From Mobula hypostoma (taxonomy: Eukaryota): DNA of 64,000 bases. The stretch is from contig NC_086108.1 in the NCBI RefSeq assembly GCF_963921235.1, forward strand, positions 48,114,001-48,178,000, read 5' to 3'. The notes under the pieces were generated by a model that worked only from the letters and a program-made list of their open reading frames with translations, was not told where the DNA came from and did not search any database. The translations under genes were made by a program, and so were the position numbers. Shown piece after piece: positions 12,121-24,599 of this stretch; positions within the stretch are counted from its first letter, which is position 1, and every line of letters starts with the position of its first letter.

Positions 12121-13089
12121 GGTATATGTCCCATATTAAAATGCACCACAATATTACAAGACAAAGTATTGTTTTGCGTCAAATGTATTCTGGTACCATT
12201 TAACAGTTTTATGCTAATAAAAGATTTAATTGTAGTAGCATGTTACAACCAATAAATATTTAGATATTTTGAGCAAACCTTGTGAGACCAACCACCACCC
12301 TCCTGAGATTTCCACACCACTGTGGCCGCCCTCTCCTTTTAAGATGCACTATGCAATGCGACTCAGTGCCACATGAAATATGGTGCTGGTCTGAGTGCAT
12401 TAAATAGGTTTGAAGTATCACACTAGGATGAGGACAGAAATGGTTTTTGCACAGGCTGATATATTCTTCTGCACCAGATTCCCCGAATGATGCAAATTAA
12501 TTAAATTATTGGGACTGCTTGAATACAAGATCTTATAAATAATTCACTGATATACTCTAAGTGATGGTGAGATAACTGGTTTAGCTTCAAAATAAGTATC
12601 CCCATCTTGGATAAGCTGTAATCTGCTTCAGGAATGTGTAATATAATGCAATGTTCTAGACCAATAATAAAGGTCAGCTGCTTAGCCCTTTTTGCCAAGT
12701 GTAATGTGTGTGATTATATGTATAATAATATTGTATTAGCTCCATTTCAGGAATGTTCCATTTACAAATACTTGTGGTTGTATTCTGGAACATTATGTTA
12801 TTATTATGAATAATTGTGAGTTTAAAATTTCATTCATTACCTCCAATTTGGATGAGGTACTTAATACTTATAAACAAAGTGCAAACATAACCTCATGGTG
12901 AGATTTTTAGGAGCATTCATTTCAATGTTGAAGCAATTGTGGTGATCATGCAAAATTAGCTGGACCTGAAGGAGATGAGAACCAGCTTTTTTGCCACGAG
13001 GATCTCATTTTGGCTCATGGTTGGTGTTCTTGTTTTAGTTTGCCTTTGCCAACTTCAAGAGTATGTTACCAAGATACCACCAGCACATT

Positions 13090-13350
13090 GCCTGTCCCAC
13101 CAGGACTATTGACCATTGCCACACACTCATTAGAGATACCTGCTGATCCATTCCCCCGTACGTATTTTTTGCAAGTCAATCAGCCAGGCTGTGCTCCTTC
13201 TCCCTGTAAACAGAAACTGAAGCAAGAGTATTCAATGCAGAAGGTGTACTGTGCTGGTCTGAAGAGGTAGCTTCTATGTGACTGTAGTGGCTCTGTAGAC
13301 TGGTTCATTTTCAAAAAGACTCAGCAGCCAATCGCAATAAGTATGTCAGC
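13090..13350 (+). mobile_element. Rex1/Babar-type LINE, left part (split by the Gypsy insertion)
   Basis: EN-RT linker motifs (QAVLLLP..KQKLKQE, CWSEE, VDW..FK) that resume at 16128 with tcatcagcaaatgtgaagaggactgtgtacc. Confidence 0.65.
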
Positions 13351-13585
13351 TGTTATGTTTTGTACACCAAAACATTAAAAACTAATTTCAATAAAAAGAC
13401 ATAGTCTAACTTTGTGTTTGTTTACTTTAAGTGAGGTGCACACATATCACATGGTTGTGTCATAATGAACGTATTTCACTTATTTTTAGATGTAACTTAT
13501 AATGAATTATTTAACCAAACAATGCTTAATAAACAACACATTTACAAGATTACTCAAGTATTACTGAAATATTAAATTCACAACA
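13351..13585 (-). repeat. 3' LTR of the Gypsy element
   Basis: TGTTATGTTTTGT...ATTAAATTCACAACA, adjacent to the PPT; homologous to 15888-16127. Confidence 0.85.
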
Positions 13586-13904
13586 CTCCTTCCTGCTTAG
13601 CTATGAACTCCAACTCAATATAGAAGACATCTCAACTATACACACAGTATACAATATAATACAACGACTGTACTGAAATCCACTGCACAGCAGATTTTAA
13701 ACTGCCCCATTCAGGCCTAAAGATTTATTTGCTGTGGAGGATTTTTTACTCTTGTGGGATAACGTGTTTCCTAACAAGGGAGGTCACCCTGCTTGGTAGG
13801 TGAGACTTGAGGCTATGAAAGCAGTCTCGGGGTCTGGAGCCTCCTCCGTGGTGGTTTTGGGAGTTGACTCTGAGACTGCAGGAAGTGGTTCTGACAGTTC
13901 CGAA

Positions 13905-14436
13905 TACCTTTCTTTTTCTCCTAGTTTGTGCATCTTGATCTTGGGAAGGTTCGTTCGTTCACTGGAGTACTATCTTATTAAACCTCCTATTGATTCCTTT
14001 ATGATCTGATCTCTCCTCTTGGTTTCCACAACATCATCCCCTGTTTTCATATCTCCATTGACCCCTTTCTTTTTGGCTTTCCATGCATCCAGCTGGGCTT
14101 TGGTCCTTTGCATCAACTTTTACAAGCAGCTTTTTGTCTCCCACCTGAAGTTCATGCAATAAACAGAATGTATACAGAGTAGATTCTGGTTCTTTATACT
14201 TAAAAAAAAAAAGCCAAATGCTTGCAACTTTCCTAAAGCTCATTGATTTCTCTTCCAACTTAAAACCAAGCCTCATTTCACAAGTAACTGCCTGATTAAC
14301 AAATCTGAAGCTTTCTCAGATACGTTGCCTACAAAAATTGTGGTAGTCAGACCACTGCTTTTGTCACTTTCATCTTCCTTTAAATAACATGTTCCTTCCT
14401 TGACCCAACCAGATGCAAAGAGGTTGGCACCAACAA
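13905..14436 (-). pseudogene. RBM25: Processed (intronless) RBM25 fragment covering the RRM, disabled
   Basis: Across frameshifts and stops: LVPT...SGLTTTIFVGNVSEKASDLLIRQLLVK*GLVLSWKRNQ*ALGKLQAFGF / YKEPESTL..LLHELQVGDKKLLVKVDAK / TKAQLDAWKAKKK...ETKRRDQIIKESIGGLIR*YSSE, matching the RBM25 N-terminal RRM as recalled. Confidence 0.88.
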
Positions 14437-15887
14437 ATGATTACCCTCTTGGGCAATGGTTCATGGTGTACAACATGGAGACAGTTGTGGCATCATCCAG
14501 TACCCTGCTTAATTTTCTTCCAGTTGGCCTTATTGCCAGCGATGTAGTATGCAAATAGTGGATGAATCTCTAATCATGTTGTGGTAGTCTCAGCCAGTCA
14601 CAGCCCTGCAATGCTGACTGTCCTGTTTTTACCACATACAAGCCCAATATGGTTTGTTGGTAGCTGTATTACACAGTTACAGATGTCATTCCTACAGGAA
14701 TTGTATTTTCTCCCATGTAAATTCTTAGTTAGATACAGTATCAGCAGGCTGCAGTTTAGTATCTTTGAGATGCCAATGGAATTAATTTTGTGGATTAACT
14801 GATACAGCCGTACCAGAGTCCAATTCTATTCTGATTAATTTGCAGTTCACTTCTGGTGTAAGTCATATTGCTTGTCTATTATTAATTTTCACACTGTAAA
14901 TCTCGTGGCTACACAGTCCCATGTCCCTCTCATCATTATCAGATTTTTCATCAACAGCATGCAGATTAGTGCACTTTTTTGAAATTGCAACTTAAAAAAA
15001 TATTTTTTCCTTATATAGTCCATTTATTTTTGTCTGCCTGACATGCTCTTTGTATATGTCCTACTACTTTTTGAATTTTCTGCAAGTTTTGCCTTTTAAT
15101 CTGAATTAATCTGGTGTGCATTGTCATCTGCCACAACGGTAAAACAATTTGTTCAGCCAGGCCGGTTTCCTGTTTCGATGTTGCAATTTTGTTCATGCTC
15201 ACTTTCATTCCTGACTGCAACACAATTGCAGTTTCCATTGATAGTTATTTCAACTGCTTTTTTAACTCTAAATTGTGCTATAGTTAGGAGGATGTTTTCT
15301 TGTAAGATTCCACAAACTATGTGATCTCTCGGTGCACTATTAAGTCCATCATTGAACTGACAATACTCAGGCAATCTAGTCAATTCAGGCATGTATGTTG
15401 GAGTGGACCCCCCTCCTTTTGATTCCACATATGAAATCTAAGTGTTCTGCAATCAACAATGCCTTTGGATTTAAATGTTCCTGCATTACCTTCAAGATAT
15501 CATTTCAGCTGGTTTCATTGGAACAGTTAAATTTTGAAGTAAACTGTATGCCTTTAATTCCAATGCACTCAGTAAAATTTGCATTTGTTTCTCATCGGTG
15601 ATTTCAAATGCTTCAAAATACTGCTCAATTTGCTCAGTATACAAAATGTTGTGGAATCAAATGTGTCAATCTTTTCAATAAAGCCAGCCTTTTCTGCTCT
15701 TTTATTTATTTATGATTATTATCACCCAGTGCTCACTGTTAATGAACCTGTGAATTCTTCCATTTTCTTCCGTTCCTGTCTCTGCATGTACTACACTGTT
15801 TTTCTTTTACTGCACTTTAAAAGAAAACACTCAAATGTTTTGCTGTGCTTCACCTTGGGTTCATTTTAAAAACTACATTGTCGCCAC

Positions 15888-16127
15888 TGTTATGTTTTAT
15901 AAACCCAAAACTCTGAACTATTTAAAAGAAAGACGGGGACCAGGGATGCAAGTCAAACTTGGCGTGTTTTTATTTTAAACAAGGTGCATATATCACATGG
16001 TAGTGTCATGATGTATGCAGTTCACTTAGTTTTACAGATAGCACGTAATGAATTAGTTGAACAAAGAATGCTTAACAACATATTTACCAGATTACTCAAA
16101 TATTATTGAAATATTAAATACACTACA
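15888..16127 (-). repeat. 5' LTR of the Gypsy element
   Basis: TGTTATGTTTTAT...ATTAAATACACTACA, adjacent to the PBS; homologous to 13351-13585. Confidence 0.85.
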
Positions 16128-17915
16128 TCATCAGCAAATGTGAAGAGGACTGTGTACCAAAGAGATCAATCCAGATTCCAGATTACCAGATACCATGGAT
16201 CAACCAAGAGATCCAATCCTTACTGCAGTCCATGTCTGCAACATTCATATTCAGTGACATTGACCTATGTAAAACTATTGGGAATGCCAAGAGACAATGT
16301 TAGTCCAAAATAGAGTTCAGACCAGTCATCAGTTGTGGTGGGGCTTACATCTTACAATGAGCTACTAAATGAAGTCCTGGAGAGTGAACTGTGGATAGAA
16401 TCTGACCCATACCTTGTCCTTTAGATCCCACACAGATCAGTTTGTGGAGGCATTTGCAGACATTTTAAACCTATTCCTACTTCAGTCTGAGGTTCCCACC
16501 TTTAAGAAGACAACTATCATATTGGTGTCAAAGAAAAATAAGGTAACATGTTTTGAAGACTACAGTCCAGTAGCTCTTCCATCTGCTATCATAAAGTGCT
16601 TTGCAAGACTAGTCATGGTACACATCAACTCCAACCTCCCAGGCAGTCTCAAACTACTGCTGAATTAGGTCTATGGTCAACAGCATCTGCCTGGGTTTAC
16701 ACTCATCTCTGGAGCATCTGGATAATAAAGATATCCAAGTCGACTATTATTTATCGATTGCAGCTCTGCCCTCAATGCTATAGAAGTGATAGGATGCTAC
16801 AGCACAGAAGCGTACATTTTGGCCCATTTACTGTATGCTGAATTCCAAGTAAACTCGTCTCCAAACTCCTAGACCCGGGACTCAACACTTCCCTGTGCAA
16901 CTGGATACTCGACTTCCTGACCAACAGATTGATATCAGTAAGGATAGGCATTAACACTTCCCACCACAATTATACTCGGACTGGTGCCCCTGGGGGATGT
17001 GTCCTCAGCCCCCTACTCTACTCCCTATACACTCACCACAGTATGGCCAGGTTCTGCTGCGGCTCCATCTGCAGGATTGCAGATGACACTACTGTAGTTG
17101 GATGAAACTCAGTACAGGAAGGAGAAAGAGAGCCCAGTGGCATGGTGTCTCAACAATAGCCTTTCCTTCAATAGCAGTTTAAAAAAAACAAGAGCTAGTC
17201 ATTGATTCAGTAAGTGAGATGAAGCACATGCCCCTGTTTGATTGATGGTTCCAATGTAGAAACCTTAGCTCGTCCTGGTCCAACCACGTAGATGCTGTGG
17301 CCAAGAAAGTTCTCCAGTGCCTGTACTTCAGAAGGCTAGGGAAATTCAACATGTCCCCATGGACCCTTAGCAATCTTTATCAATGTAGCACAGAAAGCAT
17401 CCTGTCTGGATGCTTCATGGCTTGGTATAGCAACTGCACTGCCCCAGACAGTGGGAATCTGCAGAGTTGTGCATTACAGAATCCAGCCCCCCTCCATGGG
17501 CTCTGCCTACACTTGCTGCTGTCTTGGAAGAGCAGCCAACATAATCAAAGATCCCTTCCACCCTGGATATTCTTTCCTTTCCACCTTCCATCACAATGAA
17601 AATTCAAAAACTTGAAAGTACATGCAACGAGGATGAAGGATAGCTTCCATTCCCACTATTGTAAGAATTTTGAATGGACCTCTTATACAGCATCATGCAC
17701 TCTTGACCTCACAATCTACATGAGCATGGCCTTGCATCTTACTGTCTCTCCGCACAGCACTTTCTGTAATTGTAGCATTATATTCTGCATTCTGTTACTG
17801 GTTTTACCTTGTCCCTCAAAGCACTGTTGTAATAAACTAATCTGTATGAACAGTATGCAAGACAAGTTTTTAACTGTACTTCGGTACATGAGACAATGTG
17901 ACAACTAATTTACCA
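16128..17915 (+). mobile_element. Rex1/Babar-type LINE, right part (decayed RT and 3' UTR)
   Basis: [63 protein letters not shown]; 3' tail ttttaactgtacttcggtacatgagacaat. Confidence 0.8.
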
Positions 17916-18282
17916 ATGTTCAATTCTCACTTCAATTGCAAGGTTAGACCATCATACTGACATTATGAAATGCTTGGTATAATGGCAGGCAAAACAAAGA
18001 TTTCACTGTACTTTGGTACAGATGAAAATAATAAACTAATTATTAATTGTTTTTTAATGTCTGATAGGATAGTGGCATGCTCAGATGTACTGTCTACTTG
18101 AGATTCAACTAAAGGTGCATTTGTTTGTCTTGTAGGTCTGTTTTACAATTGCAGGTCACTGCTGGATTTGAAAAACATCAAGTACAGCAGGACCAGCCCA
18201 TCAGCAAGTTGCTAGATAGTAACTGAGCTGGACTTGCTGCAAATTATTTTCCTGATGTTGCCTAGACATTTTGCATACAGTT

Positions 18283-18839
18283 GTGCCAAGATGGTGCATG
18301 ATCTAACCAATACAGCGATTGAATATTTTGGACGTTTTTATTGGGATTGCAAGATCCTGTTGGACATTGGTAATGTAGACTACTGCAAGTCTGTTCATTG
18401 GCGAGACCAAGTGGGGGAGCTGCGTTGCCTTAGTTGTGGCGAAGACTGGGCCTTGGCCATGGAGTCGCTTTGGACAAAGCAACCTGTTGCAGCTGCCCAG
18501 GGGGGAGAGCAGGATCTTCTGCTGGGTGCACTGGAATTGTGCTGAGTTGGGAACTGGCCTCTCTTGCCAGTGCTGCCCTCTGGTGTTTGCTCGGTGCTGT
18601 CCTCCAGTGTTTGCATAGTGGAAGAACAGGATGGACCAGGACAATCTGCAGTCATGCCACTCAGGGACTTGGGCTATATTATTATTTTTTCTTTGTGACT
18701 GTATGTTTTCCTGAAATCATAGCCATATGTGTAATTTGCTGTGTGCTGGTGGTGATGTGTTTTGCACTTGGACCCAGAGGAATGCAGTTTCACTTGGCTA
18801 TATTCATGTATGGTTGAATGATGATTGAATTTGAACTTG
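18283..18839 (+). mobile_element. Non-autonomous LINE-derived element
   Basis: Head gccAAGATGGtgc; tail tggttgaatgatgattgaatttgaacttg; tail shared with the 24600-25340 element. Confidence 0.5.
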
Positions 18840-18869
18840 CACTTAAGATCACATTCAATAGACACATAT

Positions 18870-20010
18870 CACATTTCAAAGTTGGTCCTTGACTTCCTGA
18901 CCAACAGATCGCAATTAGAAAGGATAGGCAGCAACACACCTGCCACGATTATCCTCAACACTGGTGCCTTAAAAATGAGGCTGTGTTTTCAGACCCTTAC
19001 TTTGTTCCATATACACTGACGATTATGTGACCCCATTCTGCTCTAAATCTTGTTTAAGATGGCATTGCTGAGGGCAAGCGACCACTTACTGGTGGTTTCC
19101 AAGACAAGGAATACAACTGAATACTTCATTAATAACACTGTAAAAAAATTATGGTAAACAATCATCGCAAACAATGAAGAGGCGAGCGAAGACGAGGCTG
19201 AGTCAGGGGTCAAAGCGTACAGGTGTGAGGCAAAGTCGGAGTAAGGTTGAGGTATGTTCGAAATGAAGTTGGGGTGAACAATGCAGAGAAAAGTCGGAGT
19301 GAAGGATTGGCAGATTTGGGGCCCATCTACCTAAACTGAGAGTGAAGTTTAATCGATCTAAGCGCCGGGCCGATTTGGAAAGGTCAGGTACGGGCCGAAA
19401 CGTGGTGGCAGGGTCCAGGCCCAGAGCGTATTGATGCGAAAGGGCCTGTGTCTTAGAGCGAGAAACGACCCGATGTTTGGCTGATTTAAACGCTGGGCCA
19501 GGTGGATTGAAAAGGCAGGGTGTCAGGACCAAAGACGAGGGTCGGGCCAGTTCTGCTCGTTGCTCTGCGACGCTTTCTCTGCTATGTACTGAACTGAGGC
19601 CGAAAGATCTGGGCCTGCTCCAGGTCTTGTGTCTGAGGACTCACTTTGCTTACCCTTATTGTTTGCACAATTTGTTTTTTTTCTCTCTCTGCACGTTGGG
19701 TGTTTGTCAGTCTTCCTTTTTTTTAATGGGTTCTTTTGGGTTTCTTGTTTTGTGGCTGCCTGTAAGACAACGAAACTCAAGAATGTATGTTGTATACGTA
19801 CTTTGATAATAAGTATACTTTGAACTTTGAACTCCATCTACACTGATACTGCTGGTTTCAAATAATGAGGTGGAATGAAGGATGGAGATAGAGAGCCTAG
19901 TGGCATGGTGTCATGACAACAACCTTTTCCTCAATGTCAGTAAAACAAAAAACCTGTTCAATTTACTTCAGGAAGCAGGGCAGAGCACTTGTCCCCATAT
20001 ACAGCAGTGG
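18870..20010 (+). mobile_element. Rex1-type RT fragment, split by the 19055-19832 element
   Basis: LDFLTNRSQLERIGSNTPATIILNTGA on the left; EIESLVAWCHDNNLFLNVSKTK on the right. Confidence 0.7.
19055..19832 (+). mobile_element. Non-autonomous LINE-derived element nested in a Rex1 fragment
   Basis: Head tAAGATGGCattgc, CpG-rich body, tail gataataagtatactttgaactttgaac. Confidence 0.6.
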
Positions 20011-20394
20011 TGTTGCCTCTCTTTTGCTTTCTCATCCTCCTCTCTTGTCCTCTCTCTGCTCTGGTGTCCTTTGTGCCCACTCTCTGCATTTATGTTATAG
20101 ATTTTATCTCCAATATTCTTAATTTATCTCTTCTCATCACTTTGCCCATATTCTGCTCCATGCTTGCATCTTGGAGTTTCTTCCCTCTCTCCTCTGCTCT
20201 ATGACTTTCTTGTGCTGTCACATGATCTCCTTCCCTTCCATGCTCTGCAGATGCCAGACTACGTTCTCTCCCATGCTCCCAGCTTTATCTCCTGATCCTG
20301 GCTGTATGCCTAGCTCCATTCCTAGCCATGAAACGGCCAAGTACCAGCATTCAGTGTAGATAGGAGCTACCATTGGCTGTGACCTTGCAAGGAT

Positions 20395-20680
20395 TGTAGA
20401 GAATTGAGGCAATGGTAGTATTGTTAGAGATTCTGGCTTTTGGATAAGATGTTAAACCAGTGAGATGTAAGCATAGCACGATGTTGTAGAGAGAAGGATG
20501 CTTTTGATCAGTAATTCTCTCTCGCTCATTACATCATCAAAAATTAATACTGTGCCTGTTGATTCGTTTGCTGTGACCTTGCTTTTTAAAATATGGCCAC
20601 TGTATCTGGTTACATAAAATTGATTTGCGCAGGATCTTGAAGTATTTTGTGATGGTTAGGCATTAAATAAGTGTATGTTC
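20395..20680 (+). mobile_element. Degenerate Deu-domain SINE (SacSINE1/AmnSINE1-like)
   Basis: ttttggataagatgttaaacc ... gtttgctgtgaccttgct ... aaatatggccactg resembles the Deu core as recalled. Confidence 0.5.
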
Positions 20681-21584
20681 ATTTTTAAAAGAATATGAAA
20701 AATTCAGAATTGGTAGTAGTAATAGTTGCTCAATACTTATAATGTCTAAGGAAGATATTTTTTAAGGTGGATTGCTTCAGAATCACATTTTGCACCCAGA
20801 ATTAAGTCAGCACATTTTGAATTTTGTGATTCAATGCAAGTCTATGACTTTCGAACCATAAATCCAGCACTTTAAGATGAAACATGTGTGCTGAGCTTCA
20901 CTGCCAGTGGGTCAACATGGTCTGTACATGTGGCCTGTTACTTGTTCTAGTCCGCACTTTACTCAAAACAGAATTCCTTTTATATACGACAAGTGATTTA
21001 GTTTGCTGAAAATTATGGCCTATTTGAATGTCTTATAAGGTTAGTTAAGGCAATTTTCTGAGGACCACGGGCGTTTCATTGACATATTTGATGAATGATT
21101 TCACAGTTTCAGCAATTGTGGCAATTCATCACTCTGAGCACTTCGTTATAAATTCTCTTTTGACTACTGCAAGACTGAATGAACAGAAATTTATCAGCAA
21201 GCTAGGAATGGACAAATTTAAGAGAATAATCAAAAACCAGCCAATAATCATAAGATAAGAAATTTTTGGTTTAATTGCATTATTTTAATAATCTGTACAT
21301 GCCTCATCGTTACTTCCTTGGAAGGAAAATGTGTCATCCAAATTGTTTGAAATAAAATATACATAAAATCAATGTAAATGATGGGTCCATTGAAGCCTAT
21401 TTCCCAAAATCTGGTAAACTTGCATTTAAAGGAAGCTGTATTTTTTGCTGTGAAAATGCCCTGATATAGTTGAAAATGGAAATATTGCTAAATCATCCTC
21501 TTCCTTTACTGTTACCTGTTTCATTGATTGCTAATTCTGCTGACTAGCAGTACTGCAGAGCTCTATCAGATCCATTGGTGGTGG

Positions 21585-22990
21585 CATTGCAAATGGTCTC
21601 AGCCCTAAACGTTGACTATCAATTTCTTTCCAGAGATGCTGCCTAACCTACTGAGTTCCTTCAGCATTTTATGTGTGTTACTCAAGATTTTCACCATCTG
21701 CATAATCTGTTATGTCCCCTGCTACTTGTAATGCTTAGCAAATGTAATCTTGTAGCAGTTGAATTCTAGCAGGAGTGGGCCATTCATTCCCTCAGGCTCA
21801 TTACTGAAGACATTAGTAGCAGAATAGTTGGGGTACAAAGATGATAAAACAGAAAGTGCTGTTAATTTTCAGCAGGTGAAGAAGCTACATCTGTGGGAAA
21901 AGTGAGGACTCTTTGTCAGAGTTGGTTCATTCTTTGGAGAGCTTAAAATTCAGAATTAGATAGGTTTGAGTGAGAGGAGAGAATGGAAATGTCAAAATAG
22001 TTAATGTCATGCCGGCAGTTAGATCTTGAATAGGTAAATAGGCAGAGTGTGTACATTTATGGAAAATGATTGAAAGAGTCCACAGATGGGTTGAAAGATC
22101 CTGGCTGAAACAAATGGATGTATAGGTGGCATAAGAAGCATTTATTGTTTTGGGCTCTAAATTGGTTGAGATATGCATTTGGCAGGGTGGGGGGGGGGCA
22201 AAGCTGAGGTTCTGCTGAGACCGATCATTCAGGATCACAGAGCAGAAGATCAAAAGAGAAGGTGTAAACACGTAAAATGCATTGGGTATGTGACTGGTGG
22301 TGAGGAGGGAACATGATGGAGGGTGAATTGTGAGAAAGTAACAGAAGATATTGGTGTGTATGATCTTTGACGTCCGATTGAAGGGAGTAGAATCTTCTAT
22401 TGCAGCACCGAATGCAGCAAAAAAAGAGTTTGTGGACCACAACAACTTTGATACAGAGTAAGTCAACATTGTTGCAGAGAGAGGTCAAGAGTATTGATGA
22501 GCTGATACATAGCGTTGAGTGTGAATCTGAGGTTGTGAAAAGCACAGTGTGTCGATACCTTGGATAGCATCCATCCAGACCTTACCCTTGATCTTGGGAG
22601 AGTCTGAATGGTGAAGGCCATCATTACAGTTGGAATCCACTTGGAACAAGTTACAGATGGTGGCTTTTGCTGAGGAAAGTGATATATCTGCGGAAGCAGG
22701 TTTTGATCAATACTGTATCAATGATAAGAAAGATGAATAAGGAAAGAGAGACAGAAGCCTTATCAGAGAGCAGAGAAGGACTCCTTTGGGTTAGGCATTC
22801 CTGTAAGAGAAGGCACAGTGGATTCAACAGATAAAAATATTTAAAAAAAACTGTAGATGCTAAATTCTAAAATAAAAAATAAATGCTGGAAATACTCAGC
22901 AGGTCAGGCTATATCTGTGAGGAGAGAAACTGCTAATGTTTTAGGTCAAAGACCTTCTTCAGAACAGGGAAGGAGTCAAAGTAGGATTGT
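21585..22990. mobile_element. Cluster of degenerate Penelope pLTR and ORF fragments
   Basis: pLTR motifs gatgctgcctaacctactgagttccttcagcattt (21635) and aaatgctggaaatactcagcaggtcagg (22881) homologous to 8340-8470. Confidence 0.6.
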
Positions 22991-23094
22991 AAAGCTGCAG
23001 GGACCAACGGATAGGGGAATATCTGTGAGAGCACATTTGAATGATCACAGGGATAGGCTATAACACAAGATTAGAGTCATACAGCACAGAAACG

Positions 23095-23597
23095 TTACAT
23101 ACTTCTGTACAGGGATGTCCAGGGAGGGTAGCACCTTTGCTGAAGGGGCATATTGTGTCCATTCCAGGGCAGCTCAGTCACCTTTGGTCTCCACTGGACA
23201 CTCAACTCTCACCTGTGGCTCCAAGTAGCTGTACACCCCGGTACACCCCTTCGATAGGTAAGGGTAGCCGGTGGGCCTTGTACCCCAATAAGATAGGGAC
23301 ATACCTGTGCTAGCTCTGGCAGACTGGGCAGACGAGATGTACAGGTGAGATCCAATGGGCAGGAAGGCGGTACTGTAGTGCCCCATGGAGATCGAAGGGT
23401 ATGGCGAGGCACAGAAGACGTCATGGTCATCCACTACAACCAAGGAAAACTCCAGTCTGTGATGATTGTTTGTACCATTGGACCTGGTCTTCTGAATTTG
23501 AGAGAGTGGAACTTCCCCAGTGCAATGGCTTTTCCACTGTAAAAACCCCCCTGCACGGGTTTCCTATCATTGTCAGACGTGACAGACAACCACCATC
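23095..23597 (+). mobile_element. Unclassified GC-richer interspersed repeat, possibly an RTE/RTE-X 5' derivative
   Basis: Sharp compositional island; aaggaaaactcc motif; family call is only a recollection. Confidence 0.3.
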
Positions 23598-24599
23598 TAC
23601 TCCAACAAATAATCTGCTGGAAAATCTGAGTCAAGCAACATCTGTGGGAGGAAAGGATCTGTTGGTATTTTGGGTTAAAGCCCTGCAAGGTGGGGAGATG
23701 CACCAGTAAGCACGCTACGAAGAGTGGAGCAGTGTCAGTGTTACATTTTGCTAATAGGATGGAAGCGAAGTGGCCCTAACTTCTGGTTGAGGCCAGTGAG
23801 TGTACATAATGCATGCTCTCTCACCATCCGGTGATCAGAGTTGCTCCTAATATTTTTAAATGAGCTCCTGCATAAGATTGAAAATAAGTTTGTAAAACAG
23901 TTAATCTGAAATTTAGAGAGAAACTAATTTTTGCCATTGCTCCTACATTCAGAGATCATCAGATGCCACAGTGTCCATCATTATTCTCATTGTTCAATCC
24001 TGTTCTCACCCCTAGAATATATAAGATGTGAATAAAGAAACATAAGTATTTATTTCTTCAAAGCCTGTTCCCATCACTTACTAATTCCCCCATTATAGCA
24101 GCCAGTTGTATCCACAACTATTTTGTATGGTGCAGGGTTACAGAATTACTGAGTTTCTACCACCTTCAGTTGAGTAAAGTCCTGCTAAATAGCTCAATTA
24201 CTGAGTTAGCAGCTGGTGACCCTATGTGCTTCATTGTAAATGTTACAAAAGTCCCATCAGACATTGTGTAATTGTTTGTGTGGCTGGGTGTCATTTGCAG
24301 TATGATTTTCTCACTTTGCCTGAAGTAAATCAACTCTTGACACCTGGTGAAGTGGGAATAAAGTAGCAGATGATGATGATGGAATGGCCATTTACATCAA
24401 TTTAAGTTGCCCTGGCTCACTTGAATAAATTAAATTAATAGTCCCACTGGATAATGCATGTTTTTGTAAGAAAGGGAGCCTTGCACTTCGATGCGGGTTC
24501 TGGTTACTGCTGCATTTACTAGCGCAGTTAGCTCTGCTTAATTATTGAGAGAGAGGATGTTGAAAGATCTGTGAGCAATTCCTAGAGAAAGGAAAACAA

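Larger units (their letters stand above)
13351..16127 (-). mobile_element. Gypsy LTR retrotransposon, non-autonomous, with captured host cDNA
   Basis: Two homologous TG...CA LTRs; PBS-like GTGGCGACAATG (15887-15876); PPT GCAGGAAGGAG (13596-13586); decayed gag (EQIEQYFEA, EYCQFNDGLN..RDHIVCGI, GHIQRAC), protease LDSGTAVSV (DSG at 14812-14820), integrase tail RYPTRVKNPPQQINL*. Confidence 0.88.

Noticed and set aside
13905..14436. Functional nested RBM25 gene
   Set aside because: Multiple in-frame stops and frameshifts, no splice structure, and only the N-terminal part is present.
20010..20340. Overlapping hydrophobic ORFs in a CT-rich tract
   Set aside because: Pyrimidine-rich low-complexity sequence; the Leu/Ser/Phe bias is compositional.
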